The notes under the pieces are model-generated. The model did no database searches and was not told the origin of the DNA. It was given only the letters and a program-made list of their open reading frames with translations. Shown piece by piece: positions 38,451 to 51,766 of a stretch of 64,000 nt of DNA. The DNA is taken from NCBI GenBank assembly GCA_050084985.1, contig JBITNC010000001.1, forward strand, positions 99,820,001-99,884,000, written 5' to 3'. Position 1 is the stretch's first letter, and each line of letters starts with the position of its first letter. This DNA is from Nageia nagi. Lineage: Eukaryota; Plantae; Pinophyta. The translations under genes were made by a program, and so were the position numbers.

Positions 38451-40892
38451 TGGGAAGGGAGGATTGTGATGTTCCCTTTTAGAAGTCGTTCCTTTTGAGG
38501 GTGGTTTTGTAGTTAGAAGTATTTATTTATTAGTTGCATGTGTACTTAGGAATCATTGTAACCTAGGATAGGAGACATATGGGTCCCATGGACCAATTGT
38601 GAGCCCCAAAGTGGGATGTCTCCCTCCTAGAGGTAGATTAGGAGCATTTAAGTGTAATGATACAGATCCCAAGGCACAACGTATGATTAGAAGGTGAGCG
38701 CATGATTGGTGTGATCCCGAGGTATGATTCGGACACCCAAGCATGACATCTCTTTGAGGGGTGTGTGGACGCCCAACCTTGAGGGATTCCTATGTATTTG
38801 GTTGGCGCAGTATTGAGGAGGCATCTTGAGTACATTTGACATCTTTTATCTTCGAAGTGGCAGCACCATTTCTTGGGCCTCTCGTTGGACAAAACCTAAC
38901 ATGGAGAAGAGTTTAGTGGGGTATAGCCCTCGCTAGACTTTGGCTAAGGACGCAAACCCTTAGTCATACCAACTTTGCAACTCAAATCCGAGGGTTGAAG
39001 GCCCTAGTAGTGTGACATCAGCATTTGGAGAGTGTATGCCCTAGATCTGGTCCATTGAGCCAGATGTCAACCCTCTTGGGCCTATTCGGTTGTATCTTGC
39101 TCCATCATTGATATAATTTGAGACATTGGCATTATTCTCTCAAACTGGCTAGTGCGTTGGATAATTTGTGGCATGATTTCATTGTTTTAGCTCATTTCCT
39201 GAATTATTGCTTGATTCATTATCAATTTGGAATAAAAATAATTTGAGAACATCACTAATGAAAACTCCAGAGTCAAACTGTTTTTCCCGGGACAATAGGT
39301 GATATATCACCTATCTCCAAGCCAACCTGTATGCAACGTAGGTGACTCAACAATTCCATAACACAAGGAAAACACAGTTTGCTATATCCAATGTCATTCC
39401 CCATAATTTTTTGAAATAACATGATAAATTAAAGACTTTGGGACATACACAACCCAGAGAATGTTGAATCAAACCTTAGAAAGAATATTTAGTCCCAACG
39501 TGGGATATCATAAAAACAACTTATGTGATACATAAGCTAGGACTCAAATTCAATGAATATTCATACGGCATCAGTGTGGGACCTTTATTCTCTTTCTGCC
39601 AAAGATTGTATAATTGCTAACACTGAGATGGTGAATAAAAAGTGCCAAGAGGTGAATTCAATGTTCCAATCTCTGATATGTGGTGGTTGCCCCCGACGAT
39701 TGTCCTCCATGCACGATGCGTTAAGGCTCTAGGTAAACTTTTCTCTGTACAATGTTATTTTTAGTCGCTATTTTATAGATAGTGCTTAGCTATTATGCAC
39801 TGTTATTGCACATGTAGAGCGGGATTAATTGGAATTTGTTTTTCTATTTTTCTTATAAAAAGAGGATGGGAAAATATTCAAAATATAATAATTTAATAAA
39901 ACTTTCATATTTCATATTTATTCGTGTATTTATTTTTATTTTTATTTTCAATGATATTTTTGATATTGCATAATAAGTAGAGATGTTTTAAATATTATAT
40001 GAAATTATAAGGATATTTTGGATATTTTCCTGGATGGCAGTCAATAGTTAAATCTGAATTATTTTTCTATTATTTTATTAAAATTAAACCTGTGGCTATA
40101 GCAGTGCGTGCAATGTGTATGTACAGGTTTAATTGCATTTTTTTTCTATTTTTTTTCTAAACAGAGGATAAATCTTTTGGTGAAAATTTGAAAGTAATAA
40201 ATGCTAAAGCTCAATTTGCCCAAACCAGGTGGACGGTGGTAGTTAAATGTATGATTTTTCCGAGTTATTTTTCTGCTATTTTGTTACGATTAAAAGCATG
40301 GCTGTATGCCGTGGGCAACAGAATTGTTTTTTCTATTTTTCTTATAAAAAGGATAGACCTTTTGGTGAAAATTTTGAAAGTAATAAATAGTCAATTTTTT
40401 TTAAGTTATTTTTCTGCTATTCTGTTACAGTGTTACTAATTTCTACCAGAAGGAAAAACTGCTGTTACAGAAATATAATATTCTATGTTGATATACTCTG
40501 GGTGCCCCATCTTCTTTAGTTGATATCAATAACACTTCATGTCTATTTTAGACCGTTCTAGTTTTTTGATACTCGGTATATCACTGCGGTCAAAAACTTC
40601 AGAACACTTTAATTCTAATTGCAAGATTCTTGGATGTTTGCGTGCAGCGAAATCTTCCCTTGAATCGCAGAACTATAATACAAATCTCGTGGCACAAAAT
40701 TGCAGTCATCTTCACTTCAGTTATTGCACCCTTCAAGCCCAGTTCCTATTTCCCCAACACCTGTTTTTGCATCTTTGTGCATCTCATTCAAATCCAGTTT
40801 CTTTGTTTCTACTGTGAAAGCCCACTCATATGTGATGCCTTAGTTTCTAAATGTCTTCATATAGAACAAGAAAATAGTAGAAATTCAAATAC

Positions 40893-41252
40893 CTTTAAGA
40901 ATCCTTCTAGTCCTTCTGCCACGAATCCGAACCAGCCTCCATTCTTCTGAACAGAAACCGTGGCATCTTCACCCACCGCGTCCGTCGTAGCCACGGCGGC
41001 ATCCGCTAGAGTGTAAAGGAGGTCCTCCGCTCTGCTCAGCACCGCTTGGACATGCTCCGCATAAGCATCCATATGGCCAAGATCGGGAATCTGATGCAGG
41101 CTCAAATTCACCCTTAATAACCTCATCTTCCGAGATGTAAATTGATGAGGACAAATTTCTCTTCTTCTTGAAGAGCTTGTAGATATAAAAGAAGAATGAA
41201 GACGGCATGGCCTGCATACAGGCAAGGATGCTGAAACGCTTGTAGTCGCCAT
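40893..41252 (-). CDS. ALB3: ALB3/PPF-1 chloroplast membrane insertase (YidC/Oxa1/Alb3 family), exon 1 (120 codons, includes transit peptide)
   Basis: ATG at 41252. Ser/Thr/Arg-rich N-terminus, then the ALB3 signature RAEDLLYTLADAAVA...QKNGGWFGFVAEGLEGFLK. Phase-0 donor AAG|GTATTT at 40893/40892. Confidence 0.93.
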
Positions 41253-41494
41253 TGTTTGCAGAGGAGGAGCTGCTGAGGAAGCAGGAGGGAGAGAGAAGAT
41301 ATCGTTCGGACCATTCAACTCAATATCTAAAGGAATTATCCGTTTACATGTGGGGTTAATGGTTTTGTTGAAACCACCTCATACGCTGGTCCGTTGTTGG
41401 TCAGGGTTCGAACACGGGACATTTACCAATAGAAACAAGTATCTTTAGTATTTTTCTGTGTTTTTTTTATGATGCTATATCATCGTATGAAGGT

Positions 41495-41982
41495 TCTTCT
41501 ATTGTTTTCATAGAGAAAGATGGTTCGTTCCAAATAAGGGTAAATTTGAGAGAAAATAAATTTACGTGAGAAATGGATTGTGATATACCTTGTAAACTAT
41601 TTTTGTCTTATTTTTATCTCTTTTATGATTCGTATTAGTATGTATGTATGGTTACGAGTTGGTTGTATTTTGTTTTTTTTTATTTTACATGATTTTTTGT
41701 TGTTTTTAATATATTAGTTTATATGTATATATATAAGGTATTATTTTTCAGTTTTGGTTGATCTTTATCTTCTATTGTTTTCATAGAGAAAGATGTTTCG
41801 TTGCAAATAAGGGTAAATTTGAGAGAAAATAAATTTACGTGAGAAATGGATTGTGATATACCTTTGTAAATTATTTTTGTCTTCATTTTTATCTCTTTTA
41901 TGATTTGTATTAGTATGTATGTATGGGTTATGAGTTGGTTGTATTTTGTTTTTCTTATTTTACATGATGTTTTTGTTGTTTT

Positions 41983-42015
<33 letters not shown>
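41495..42015. repeat. ~273-bp near-identical tandem duplication just upstream of ALB3, ending in (AT)n
   Basis: TCTTCTATTGTTTTCATAGAGAAAGATG... starts at 41495 and at 41768. Confidence 0.9.
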
Positions 42016-43370
42016 TTCAGTTTTGCATAGGTGTGCATGTATGTTGATCTTTATCTAGATGTTATATTTAAGCATGGTTTAAATTAAACGATTAAAGGTC
42101 TACGTTCATTCTTTTTAGGTATTTAATGATCTTATGCTCATGTACAATTGAAGATTACCCATTATACCTCTGATAATGATTGATCATTAATGAGAACCAT
42201 ATAAGAAGATAAGTCACATGCTAATAATGAAACCTAATAGATTCTACTATATTAAATCACTTTTGGTAACCATCTAAAGTGAGTTGGTAACGCTTAATTT
42301 TTCTCATTTTAAGTGATATCTTTATCACTTTTAATATCAACTTGAATATGCAAGGTATCACTTTTAGTTTTGCATATATGTGCATGCATGTTGATCTTCA
42401 TCCAAATGTTGTACTTGAGTGTGATCTAAATTAAACAATATTTTTTAGGAATTTAATGATCTCATGCTTATATACTTACAATTCAATGAAGACCACCCAT
42501 TATACTCATGATAATAGTTAAGCATTAGCGAGAATCAAATAAGAAGATAAGTCATCTACTAAGGATAAATCGTAATACATTATCCCAAATTGAATCACTT
42601 TCAACATCTACATCAACAAAAATAAGAGCCTTAGACACTTTTTATGCTTGTATTTTATTTTTCTTATTTTGTGTGATATTTTTGTCATTTTTAATATGTA
42701 CCATCTTAGATATGTGAGGTATCCCTTTAAGCTTTGCATATTAATCTTCATCCAAATGTTATACTTGAGCATGTTCCAAATTAAATGATCAAGGGTCTAC
42801 GTCCATTATTTTTAGGCATTTATTGATCTCATGCTTATGTACTTCCAATTCAATAAAGATTACCTACTATATCCATGACAATAGTTGAGCATTAATGAGA
42901 ATTAAATAAGAAGACAAATCACATACTAGCCATAAAACCTAATACATTATAGAAAATTGAATAACTTTTGGTATCCACCTAATAGTGAGTTGGTAGCACT
43001 TTATTTTTCTCATTTTAAGTGATATCTTTATCATTTTTAATATACCAACCCAAATATGCAAGGTATCCCTTTCAATTTTGCATAGATGTTTCATGCATGT
43101 TGATCTTTGTCTAGATGTTGAATTTGAGCATGCTCTAAATTAAATGATCAAGGGCCTATGCCAATTCTTTTTAGGAATATGATGATCTCATGCTTATGTA
43201 CTTACAATTCAATGAAGTCTACCCATTATACATGTGATAGCAGTTAAGCATTAGTGAGAATTGAAACTAAGAAAATACATCATCTATTAAGGATAAAAAC
43301 CTAATAAATTCTACCATATTGAATTACTTTGTGCATTTGTGTCAACAAAAATAAGAGCCTTGTGCACTTT
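42016..43370. repeat. Degenerate ~350-bp tandem repeat x4 with A/B alternation (~710-bp higher-order unit)
   Basis: TTTGCATA...GATCTT..TC.A.ATGTT at ~42021, 42368, 42733, 43077. Units 1 and 3 share AGTGAGTTGGTA. Units 2 and 4 share TCAACAAAAATAAGAGCCTT. Confidence 0.8.
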
Positions 43371-46300
43371 TATACCATCAAAAAACTATTTTACCATTTG
43401 TATCAAAGTGATTTGGAATCTCATACCTTTTAAGCCTTTAACACCAAACAAAAACTTTCAACTAAAAAATTTATACATCTAGGTTATAAAACTCAAGATG
43501 TTTTGTATTTTCCTACAATTCAAGATCCATAGTTTATCATTTGTCTCAAGGAAAATCATGACTTAAGTAATTTTCAATAACCAAACAAACAATTTTGACT
43601 ATTTGGATAAACTAAAACTCAAAGCCTTAGATATGTATTTTGCAAAATATGAAAGAATACTTATAAGGCATAGTAATTATTGGACAAAATACTTATTGTT
43701 ATGATGTGTTTCCTTACCTCTCCTCTCCTCAGGCCTCTTTCTCCCCTTCTCTCCCCAACAAACTCAAAAAAATGAAATTTTCCAAGTGCCCACCTAAGTT
43801 CCTTTTGTGTATTTTATTCTTTTTTAGTTGATATTGAGGGGCAATTTTAAACCATCTCCTTGTGGTTTATGGGGTTGGTTTAAAACCACCCCATGAAAAC
43901 TATCACCAAAACCTAGAATTAAGGAGATTAAAAATTGTCCCCTAAAAAATGCCTCAAATTGCCTGCTCCTAAAGCCCATTTTTGGTGTAGTGATGCCCAA
44001 TTATGGTTTTATTTTTAAGGGCTTCTTCTACCTTTATGATATTTTCTTTAAAATATGGTTACCCCAATAGGAAAGTTTATCTACATGAAATAAATCAAGT
44101 TTTATATCATTAACCCTCATAGGCATTTGTGTATTTAGATAAATCTCTCAAAGAATCTTAAAGAATTCATATACTTTTATGCAGGATACATCATTATTCA
44201 ATAACATATTATTTGCATCAACTTTCCAAATACACATTATAGATGTTAATCAATAACTCATAAAATCAAGGACTATTTATTGATAGAAGTGATTTTCAAA
44301 TAATCATGTAAAAATTCAAACAATATTCATAATTAAATGTAAATGAAGATTAATTATCCAAAGTATCCCCCTAATTACAATTTATCATGAGTGATGCACC
44401 TTCAAACGATCATAGCTTTTGATCCAATTGTCGGATCATCTTGAAATTTTAAGGAGGGCTAGATATGGGTTTTCATGATCCAGGTACCACCTCCTTTAGG
44501 AGGGATGCCCCGAAATGGAAAGTTTTTTTATCAGCCTAAATCCATCATTTAGTGCCTCAAAATTAGCTTTTAGTGTCAGTCTTCAAGATTTTCCAATAAG
44601 TAGACTTCAATTTCTTTTGTTGTAGAATTTGTTTAGGAGAATAAATTGGGAAATGACTTAGTCTATGTTGACTGGGCATGGACACCAAGTTTGGTTATAA
44701 TTTGAGGAACTTTTTATTTTTAGAAACTTTCCATCTTTAGAAAGTTTCTATTTTTAGTAATGTCCTAGTTTTTAGACTGTTCATTATTTTTTAGGGAGAG
44801 TCTCCTTATTTCTATATTAGCTATATAGAAGCAAACATTCCAAGAGTAAGACTCAAATATATTAATATTTTTTCTAACTCATAAGAAATTACTTTTGGAT
44901 TTAATTAACAATCCTTCAATAAATTTAACTCAATTACATTTTAATCTTTTTTTTATTCTATTCTTATATAATATTCTCACAAAATACTAGATACCACATT
45001 TAAGGATCAAAATTAATCTTTTTCATTTACAACATAATAACAATAATACTCAATTTTCTACCTATTAATCTTGTGTAAGAAAAGATTATATTATATTTAT
45101 ACTTTATATTCTACAAGTTTAACTTTAAACTAGCATTCAAAATATTATGAATTTACATAATAAACTTTTCTAAATTTAAGAACCTATTTTAAATTTAGAA
45201 AGTAATTAAACACTAAAGTTCATTTCATATTTCTATATTTTAAATCAATTTTATTTTAAATTTAGAAGCTATCAAAAGCACTATAATTTATTTTAGCCCT
45301 CTTGTAATCTTTTATACTTCATACCATAAATAATAACTATACTCAATAGTCTATACTCAATAGTCTACTATTTATTCTTGTATGAGAAAAGATTACCTAT
45401 TGAGTAAATATATTTATTTATATATAATTTACTTATCAAGTTTCATTTTGAACTTATTCATTTAAAAAATATTAACTCATATAATATTTCTTTTTAAATT
45501 TAAAAACTTTTTAAATTTAGAAAAGAAAATAAATCAAAGACTTTTCTTTTATTCTTTTTCTAATTCTATATAATATTCTTACCAATACTAGATATCTCAT
45601 CTCACAACTAAAAAATAATTTTTTAAATTTTAGTTCTGATTTTACAACAAAGGGGAAATCCAAAATTGGATTCAAGGCACAAGGTGGATTTCCCCAAAAC
45701 CACTCACTCCAAAATTCTTCAAAGCTTAAGAGGTAAGAGTAATAACTTAAAAAATAGGGTAGAAAGGAAAACCATGACTATCAAAATCACATAAATGCAA
45801 TCCATAAAGTACACATTTACAAGTAGAGGGTTTTTTCTACCTAAAAGGTGGTTTTCTATTCATGCATTTTGTAGGTATATCAAAAACACAGTTCAAGAAT
45901 ACACACTACAACAAAAAGCATGTTTAACATTAGAAAATATGTTAAAATGTGTACAAAAGTGATCTCTAGCACTATTGATGTTAACATGAGTTAACACGAG
46001 ATTTCATATTTTTCTTCTCCATTTCTTGATGTTAAATTTGACACCATTTTCTTTAATAATGCTAAACATGATGCAATTAGTGACATACTTTTCCTCAATT
46101 TCCTAATGTTAAGTATGACGCTAAATATGATGTTAATTTCAATTGAAAAACCACTTCAATTAATCTTAGGTTATCGGATGTATTTCCCAAGAAGATTGAG
46201 TAATTAAAGACAACATTTAAAATGCATATGTAATCAAATACATAACATCCATTACAATATAAATTAGAATATGGAGTGCTTCAATTTCTCTTTATTAATC

Positions 46301-48688
46301 ATTTAATTTTCATTATCATCTTCATTATAAATAGGATGTATAATATGATTTCCTCTAGGATCATAATTAATTAAAACTATATTTTCTCATCCAATACATC
46401 TAGACAAAAATATTTGACTACAATGTTATGGTAAAATATAAGGCTCTTTATCTTTAGGTAGATATTGTGTGGTGTCGATTGCACAATAATTACTAGGTAT
46501 ATCATGCAAGGTTATTTTTCTATTAAATCCTTCGAACCATTTACACTTAAATATTATACTAGAATGATTTATAATCTAATTGAATAATTTATTAAATTTT
46601 CCCAATATATTGTAATGTTCATTCTTTCCAATGTTTATCTCTTGTACTTACATGACTTGCTTGGTCAAAAACCAATCATCACTCCATAGTCAAATGTTAT
46701 TTTTTTTTATTTTTGAAGTGCTCACCATATGCCCACATTGAAAGAAAAGACAATGTCTCCACACATTTACATAAATTTATTATTAGTGTAATCATTATAT
46801 TTATATAAGTTGCAAATTTCTTATAAAAATATTTAAAATTAAATGCATATAAATAAAATAATAATTACCATTTTATTGCATCCAATAACTATATTTAATA
46901 CATATTCATCTATCTTTTCTCCTTTGTTTTATTTCTCTTCAATTTTTTGTTTCATCCATGATCTTGTTGGATAATATTTTGACCAATTTTCATCTCTTAG
47001 ATATGTAGGTAGAGATGTACCCCTTGGATTTTGATTGCGAAACAAGGCATATTTTCCTGTAAATGTATTTCTTTCACTATTATATAATTCAATTTACAAT
47101 TCACAACATTCCATATTCATCATGCTAAATTGGTTTATAAATTCATACATGTTACAATATGTAAATTCATGATGACATAATATATACTTGTTAGTAACCA
47201 TTGATTAAATTAAATCCAAAATGCATGTACATATTATATTCATAAATTACTAGTATATTAAAATTTGTAAGTACCTATAAGTGAATATGATGCCTCATTT
47301 ATTTTCAAAATCTTCCCTTCTAATTTGTCTGTCTTTCTCTGCATGCTACATATTTTGGGAAGACGCATCAATTTGGGAAACATACTTAATTGCATAAAAA
47401 AATATTATTGTACAATATATCCATCACCCATATATCATTCTAGTCATATTTTTTATCTGATAAATATTTTTAGTACTTTTAAAAATCTCTCCATAAAAAA
47501 TATGTTTCTAGCAGATATAACACTTGTTATCTCAATATCATTTATTAGGTGGATCAATAGGTGCACTAACCCCTAGAACTAGGCTAAATAAGGATCCCCA
47601 AAAATGATAAGGGTTATAGGGGAGGGAGAGGGATAACACCTATCCATCAACCTGTAAATCCATAAAAGTAACATATATTTATTTTTCAAATATACAGGTA
47701 ATTTTAGTAATTTCTCTATGCCATCTATTTATTTCAGCCACATGTATCTTCTTGGAAGTTAACCACCTATTTATGAAAATATAATTAATATCATTAATAA
47801 TAAACATATGTTATTTTTCATAAAGTAATCTATAACATGACATAAATTAGAATTAATGATAATCGACCAATTGTATATCTTAGATCATGAGGTAAACTCA
47901 CACATCTACAAATTATAAGTGGAAAAATATGTTGTAAATAAATATATATTAATATGAATATTTTGAATAAAATATATATATATATAAAAAGGATGTCTAT
48001 AGATATATAATATGAGAATACCTTTAAAAAGTTATGGTAATTATGAGATTTTAATCCTATCATTTTACCATCAACAATGAATGCTCTTCTTATAGATGAT
48101 GCATATTGAATTGGTGATCTAATGGTTTGAAGAACTTTGTGTACCATGTCCACTTTTTCTTTTTTGATAATCCATGTGAGAGCACTAGGTACTTTTATCG
48201 TTCCATCAAAAATTTGACTTACCCATAAGGTATGCTTTGTATTAGTTTCTTTTAAATTATGTCTCACATTAACATTATTTGATTATTTGCTTGTCGTATA
48301 CCCATACAAAGAAGATGCAACATTCTTTACAATGTGCTTAGGATCCAATAAATATGCCACTAACAAGTGCTCCAAGTATGGAAGTTTATAAAAGATTGAT
48401 AGTTTGTTCATGCCTAAAAATATGTATAAAATGAATCATTTAATAGGTAAAATATTAAAATAAAAATATTACAAACATGTGTATTTTCAAATAAATAAAC
48501 ATATTGATACATTTTATTAAATTTTACCTTTAGTTAAGTCATTTTCCCTAATAATAACCTTATTTGGCCCTTCAATAGTACCTTCATCAATGGCTCTATT
48601 CCACCATTTTTCTTCACTTTCCTGGTACTTTTTCCACTTTCCACCAATTCATAGGATATGCATAATAAGAAATAGGGTGGTGTCAACC

Positions 48689-50101
48689 CACCATAACATA
48701 AAGTGGATTTTATATTAGGACACACATTAGACCCTAAAAAATAATGTACTTGATGCTTCTTGCAACAAATTATGTCAAGATGGCATCAATTTCTTCTTTT
48801 TTTAAAATTTTTCAGTGTTTTTGACTCTATTTTTGATGTTATTGTTGATGTTATTTAAAGTCATAAATAGCATCAAAAATCATGAAAAAATAAAAAGAGG
48901 AGATGCAAATCATTGTACACAAATTGATTAAGAAACACCATCAACCATTAATAAAATCTCGATCAATAGTTGATGGTCCATGTTGTTAACTCCACCACTA
49001 TCACGATATTGATTTAAACCTATCTTAAAATCCTTGGCGATGGTCTTTGTTGCTCGTATTTTCATAATCATACAGTCTCATCACTTACCCATTAAAATGA
49101 TATAAATATTACTCTCCCACAACTGTTGAAGCATGCAATGCATATTTTGAAGCACATAATGTACATTTTGCTTTCTAGAAATAAGATACATACAAAAGTG
49201 GATTTCATGGAATGTAAATTACAAATTATAAATTTTGGAAAAAAAATTAGAATTAGTGTCATATGGTTGAAGCATGCAATGCATATTTTACATACTACAA
49301 ATACACACTACTCTCTACACTCTTCAACATGACTTCAACTCTTGAAGACCTGCGTCACCAATAATGTCCTTCTAAAGGGAAAGCTCCTTCATTCACTCAT
49401 CAATCACATCAAACTTAAATTTGACTCATCTATGAATAAACTTCTACAAATTATACTTATCCATATGTATGCAAACTACAGAAGTTTAGCAGATGCCTAT
49501 AAATTTTTCAACTATATGACAAAATGAGATATCTACTCATGGAATATGATAAATTCATGTTACCAAAGATATGGCTTTCCTGGATAGGCATTAACACTAT
49601 TCCACCAAATACAATTAAATAATAACACTAGTCTAATACGATTAATTCACCTTTCTCAATATCAATAAATTGGGAGATTCATAATAGGGTTTATACATAC
49701 ATAGAAGACTATTTAAAAGTGGATCTCATGGACTGCAAATCACAAATTATATTTTTTTTCCTAAAATTATAACTTTGAATGCTAATTCTTATGCCATATT
49801 ATATCAATTCCAATTCTATATGATGCCAATTCTAACTCCATATTATGCTAATTTTGATACAATTTAATGCTAATTCTAATGCAATTTGATGTCAATTCTA
49901 ACATAATTTATGATATCAAATGTCTCAAACTCTGATGCATGATGTCATTATGTTTGACACTATAGGTGACATAATATTTGATGTAATCTCTATCTTGTTG
50001 TTTAGTGACAAATATAGCATTAAGTCAAGGAGCTAATTTTTTTTTTAAAAAACTAGGTTTTGATGCCCACTTTAACATAAAATCTAATTTATTTTGTAGC
50101 G
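48689..50101. mobile_element. Nested non-autonomous CACTA (Pack-CACTA-like, 1,413 bp) carrying a PPR fragment
   Basis: Degenerate TIRs CACCATAACATAA (48689) and reverse-complement CGCTACAAAATAA (50101). 3-bp flanks ACC/ATC. TGATG-type subterminal repeats on both sides. Interrupts the transposase between FNGE and LTPP. Confidence 0.62.
49264..49725 (+). pseudogene. Captured fragment of a PLS-class pentatricopeptide repeat (PPR) gene
   Basis: Single frame with stops: LKHAMHIL...ST*LQLLKTC...KGKLLHSLI...LIHMYANYRSLADAYKFFNYMTK*DIYSWNMINSCYQRYGFPG*ALTLFHQIQ. Matches the PLS-PPR consensus LI.MY.KCG.L.DA..VF..M..RD..SWN.MI..Y...G...EAL.LF..M. Confidence 0.85.
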
Positions 50102-51766
50102 ATCTCACCATTAAACTACGATTTCATATCTCTAAAGCTATGATCAATTAGAAAATATTTTCTATGGTTAAGATATTCTCGATCTTCTTCAAGTGATTTG
50201 AATATCTTCTTGTGATATTTTCTGCACACCATGGACAAGCATGATAACCTTTTGTACGAAGGTCTGTAATAATTTTTATTATAAATACATTATTGTTTGG
50301 TAAAAGAAAATCAAATATTTACAATATATTAATTTTGTATGCATGTACATGTAATAAATTTTATTGATATATATACTTGAATAAAAAGTAAGCCATAAAT
50401 AGTCATGTGCAATCCAACATAATATGTTATATAATGTGAATGAACTTTGTTAGATTAGTGTACTTATATCAATCATCTAATTTTCATTCCATAAGACCAT
50501 CAATTTATCAATTAATGGTTCAAGGTAGACATCCATGTTTTTCACGTAGTGTTTTCTAGGGATTATAAAAGTTAATATCAAATGTTCTTTTTTTTAAGAC
50601 ATTCATGGAGGTATATTATAATTGATTACAACAATAGTGTAGACCCAAAAATGTGTGAAATATAAATAAATACATAAATAAATAAATGGTCTACAAAATA
50701 CAATGATAATACTCTATATCAGATTACAATAAGTACACATGAAATATATAAAACGTTATATAGAGTGGGGCCTATAACCAATATGTGTACAATCCTCAAA
50801 GTAGAATAATAATGAATCATCAAAGGATTATGATCGAACTTTAGATGAGCTTGAAATAAATATTTTCTAAAATGGTTCTATGAGTCGTTCCCCAAAATTT
50901 GGACCTCCTGATCTGAAGGGTGCATGTCATGGGTTGTGTGGAAGCGATATTCCACTAATGATGTAGGAATGATAGTTTTGTGTTGCATGCAAGAAAGATA
51001 TCAGAGCTCAGAGAGTATAATAAATTTATCAAGATAGGTGGCATCAAGAGACACCATTGGTTTTATGTTTGAAACAACCACCTAATAGAGAGATCCCATA
51101 GGGATGTCAACCTTCACCTCCTATATTTATAACCTACAAGGAAATAGAAAGGAGTGAGGCTGACACATAGCAATAATAATAACCTTTTCAATATTCAAGA
51201 TAATTTAAAATATAAATCATGGTATATGATATTACATTGGCCCTAGCACATGGAATTGCATTATAATAACCATTTTTATCTTGATTTATTTATTATTACT
51301 ATTTAATCATTTAATGAGTCTAAATATGATTTATTAAATAAATAATAAATCATTTTTAGGCATCTACATTTTGCCCCTCTTTGGATATGTAATGAAAAAC
51401 ATTGAAATTGCATAATCCAAAGAAGTCTAGAGAAGAGAAAAAGATTTTCAATAATAAAGTGGACTTCCTTGTTTTTATCGATATGTCAAGTATGGTATGT
51501 TGTTTTCCCCCTTTTGGTCTTGGTTTCCCCTAGCTTATGTTGTATTGGGTAAGCAAACCAAAAATAGGAGTCCCTCTATGAGGTGAGTGATCTATGCATA
51601 TCATACTCACCTAGGAAATACCTGTAGAACAAAATAACATATACTCGCATAGATCACATCCATGAAAATTATAAGCAATGTAAATAGCAAGGATGAAATT
51701 AATATAATATGCAATGTGTCACTATGGCTAATGTGACTCATAGTGTTGTAAACCATGATACATAGA

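Larger units (their letters stand above)
31875..39255 (+). mobile_element. Ty3/gypsy chromovirus (Reina-like), decayed, with two nested solo LTRs
   Basis: 5' LTR 31875-32345, PBS TGGTATCAGAGC (tRNA-iMet) at 32347, gag pieces, RT-RH-INT-chromodomain, PPT GGGAAGGGAGGA at 38452-38463, 3' LTR 38465-~39255. TSD not evident. Confidence 0.9.
27123..40892 (-). other. ALB3: ALB3 intron 1 (13,770 bp, GT-AG, TE-filled)
   Basis: Canonical GT and AG ends between in-frame exons 1 and 2. Confidence 0.9.
47830..50600 (-). pseudogene. CACTA TnpD/Tnp2 transposase remnant
   Basis: KNMDVYLEPLIDKL (~50530), TKGYHACPWC (~50230), FYKLPYLEHLLVAYLLDPKHIVKNV (~48350), GLKSHNYHNFLK (~48040). Confidence 0.85.
45904..50637 (-). 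mobile_element. Decayed CACTA (En/Spm) element, cut on the right by an LTR element
   Basis: TIR CACTACAACAAAA at 45904 followed by TGATGTTAA subterminal repeats. Transposase motifs on the minus strand. Confidence 0.8.

Noticed and set aside
39700-40440. Degenerate T-rich repeats near the ALB3 exon 1 donor
   Set aside because: Short local duplications (TTTTTCTATTTTTCTTATAAAAA, AGTTATTTTTCTGCTATT) with no termini or coding signal. Cannot be classified.
40857-41318. ORF-track 153-aa protein as given
   Set aside because: It starts at TTG and reads into the intron. The real exon is 41252-40893.
41390-41425. tRNA gene suggested by the GGTTCGAAC B-box
   Set aside because: No convincing A-box or cloverleaf.
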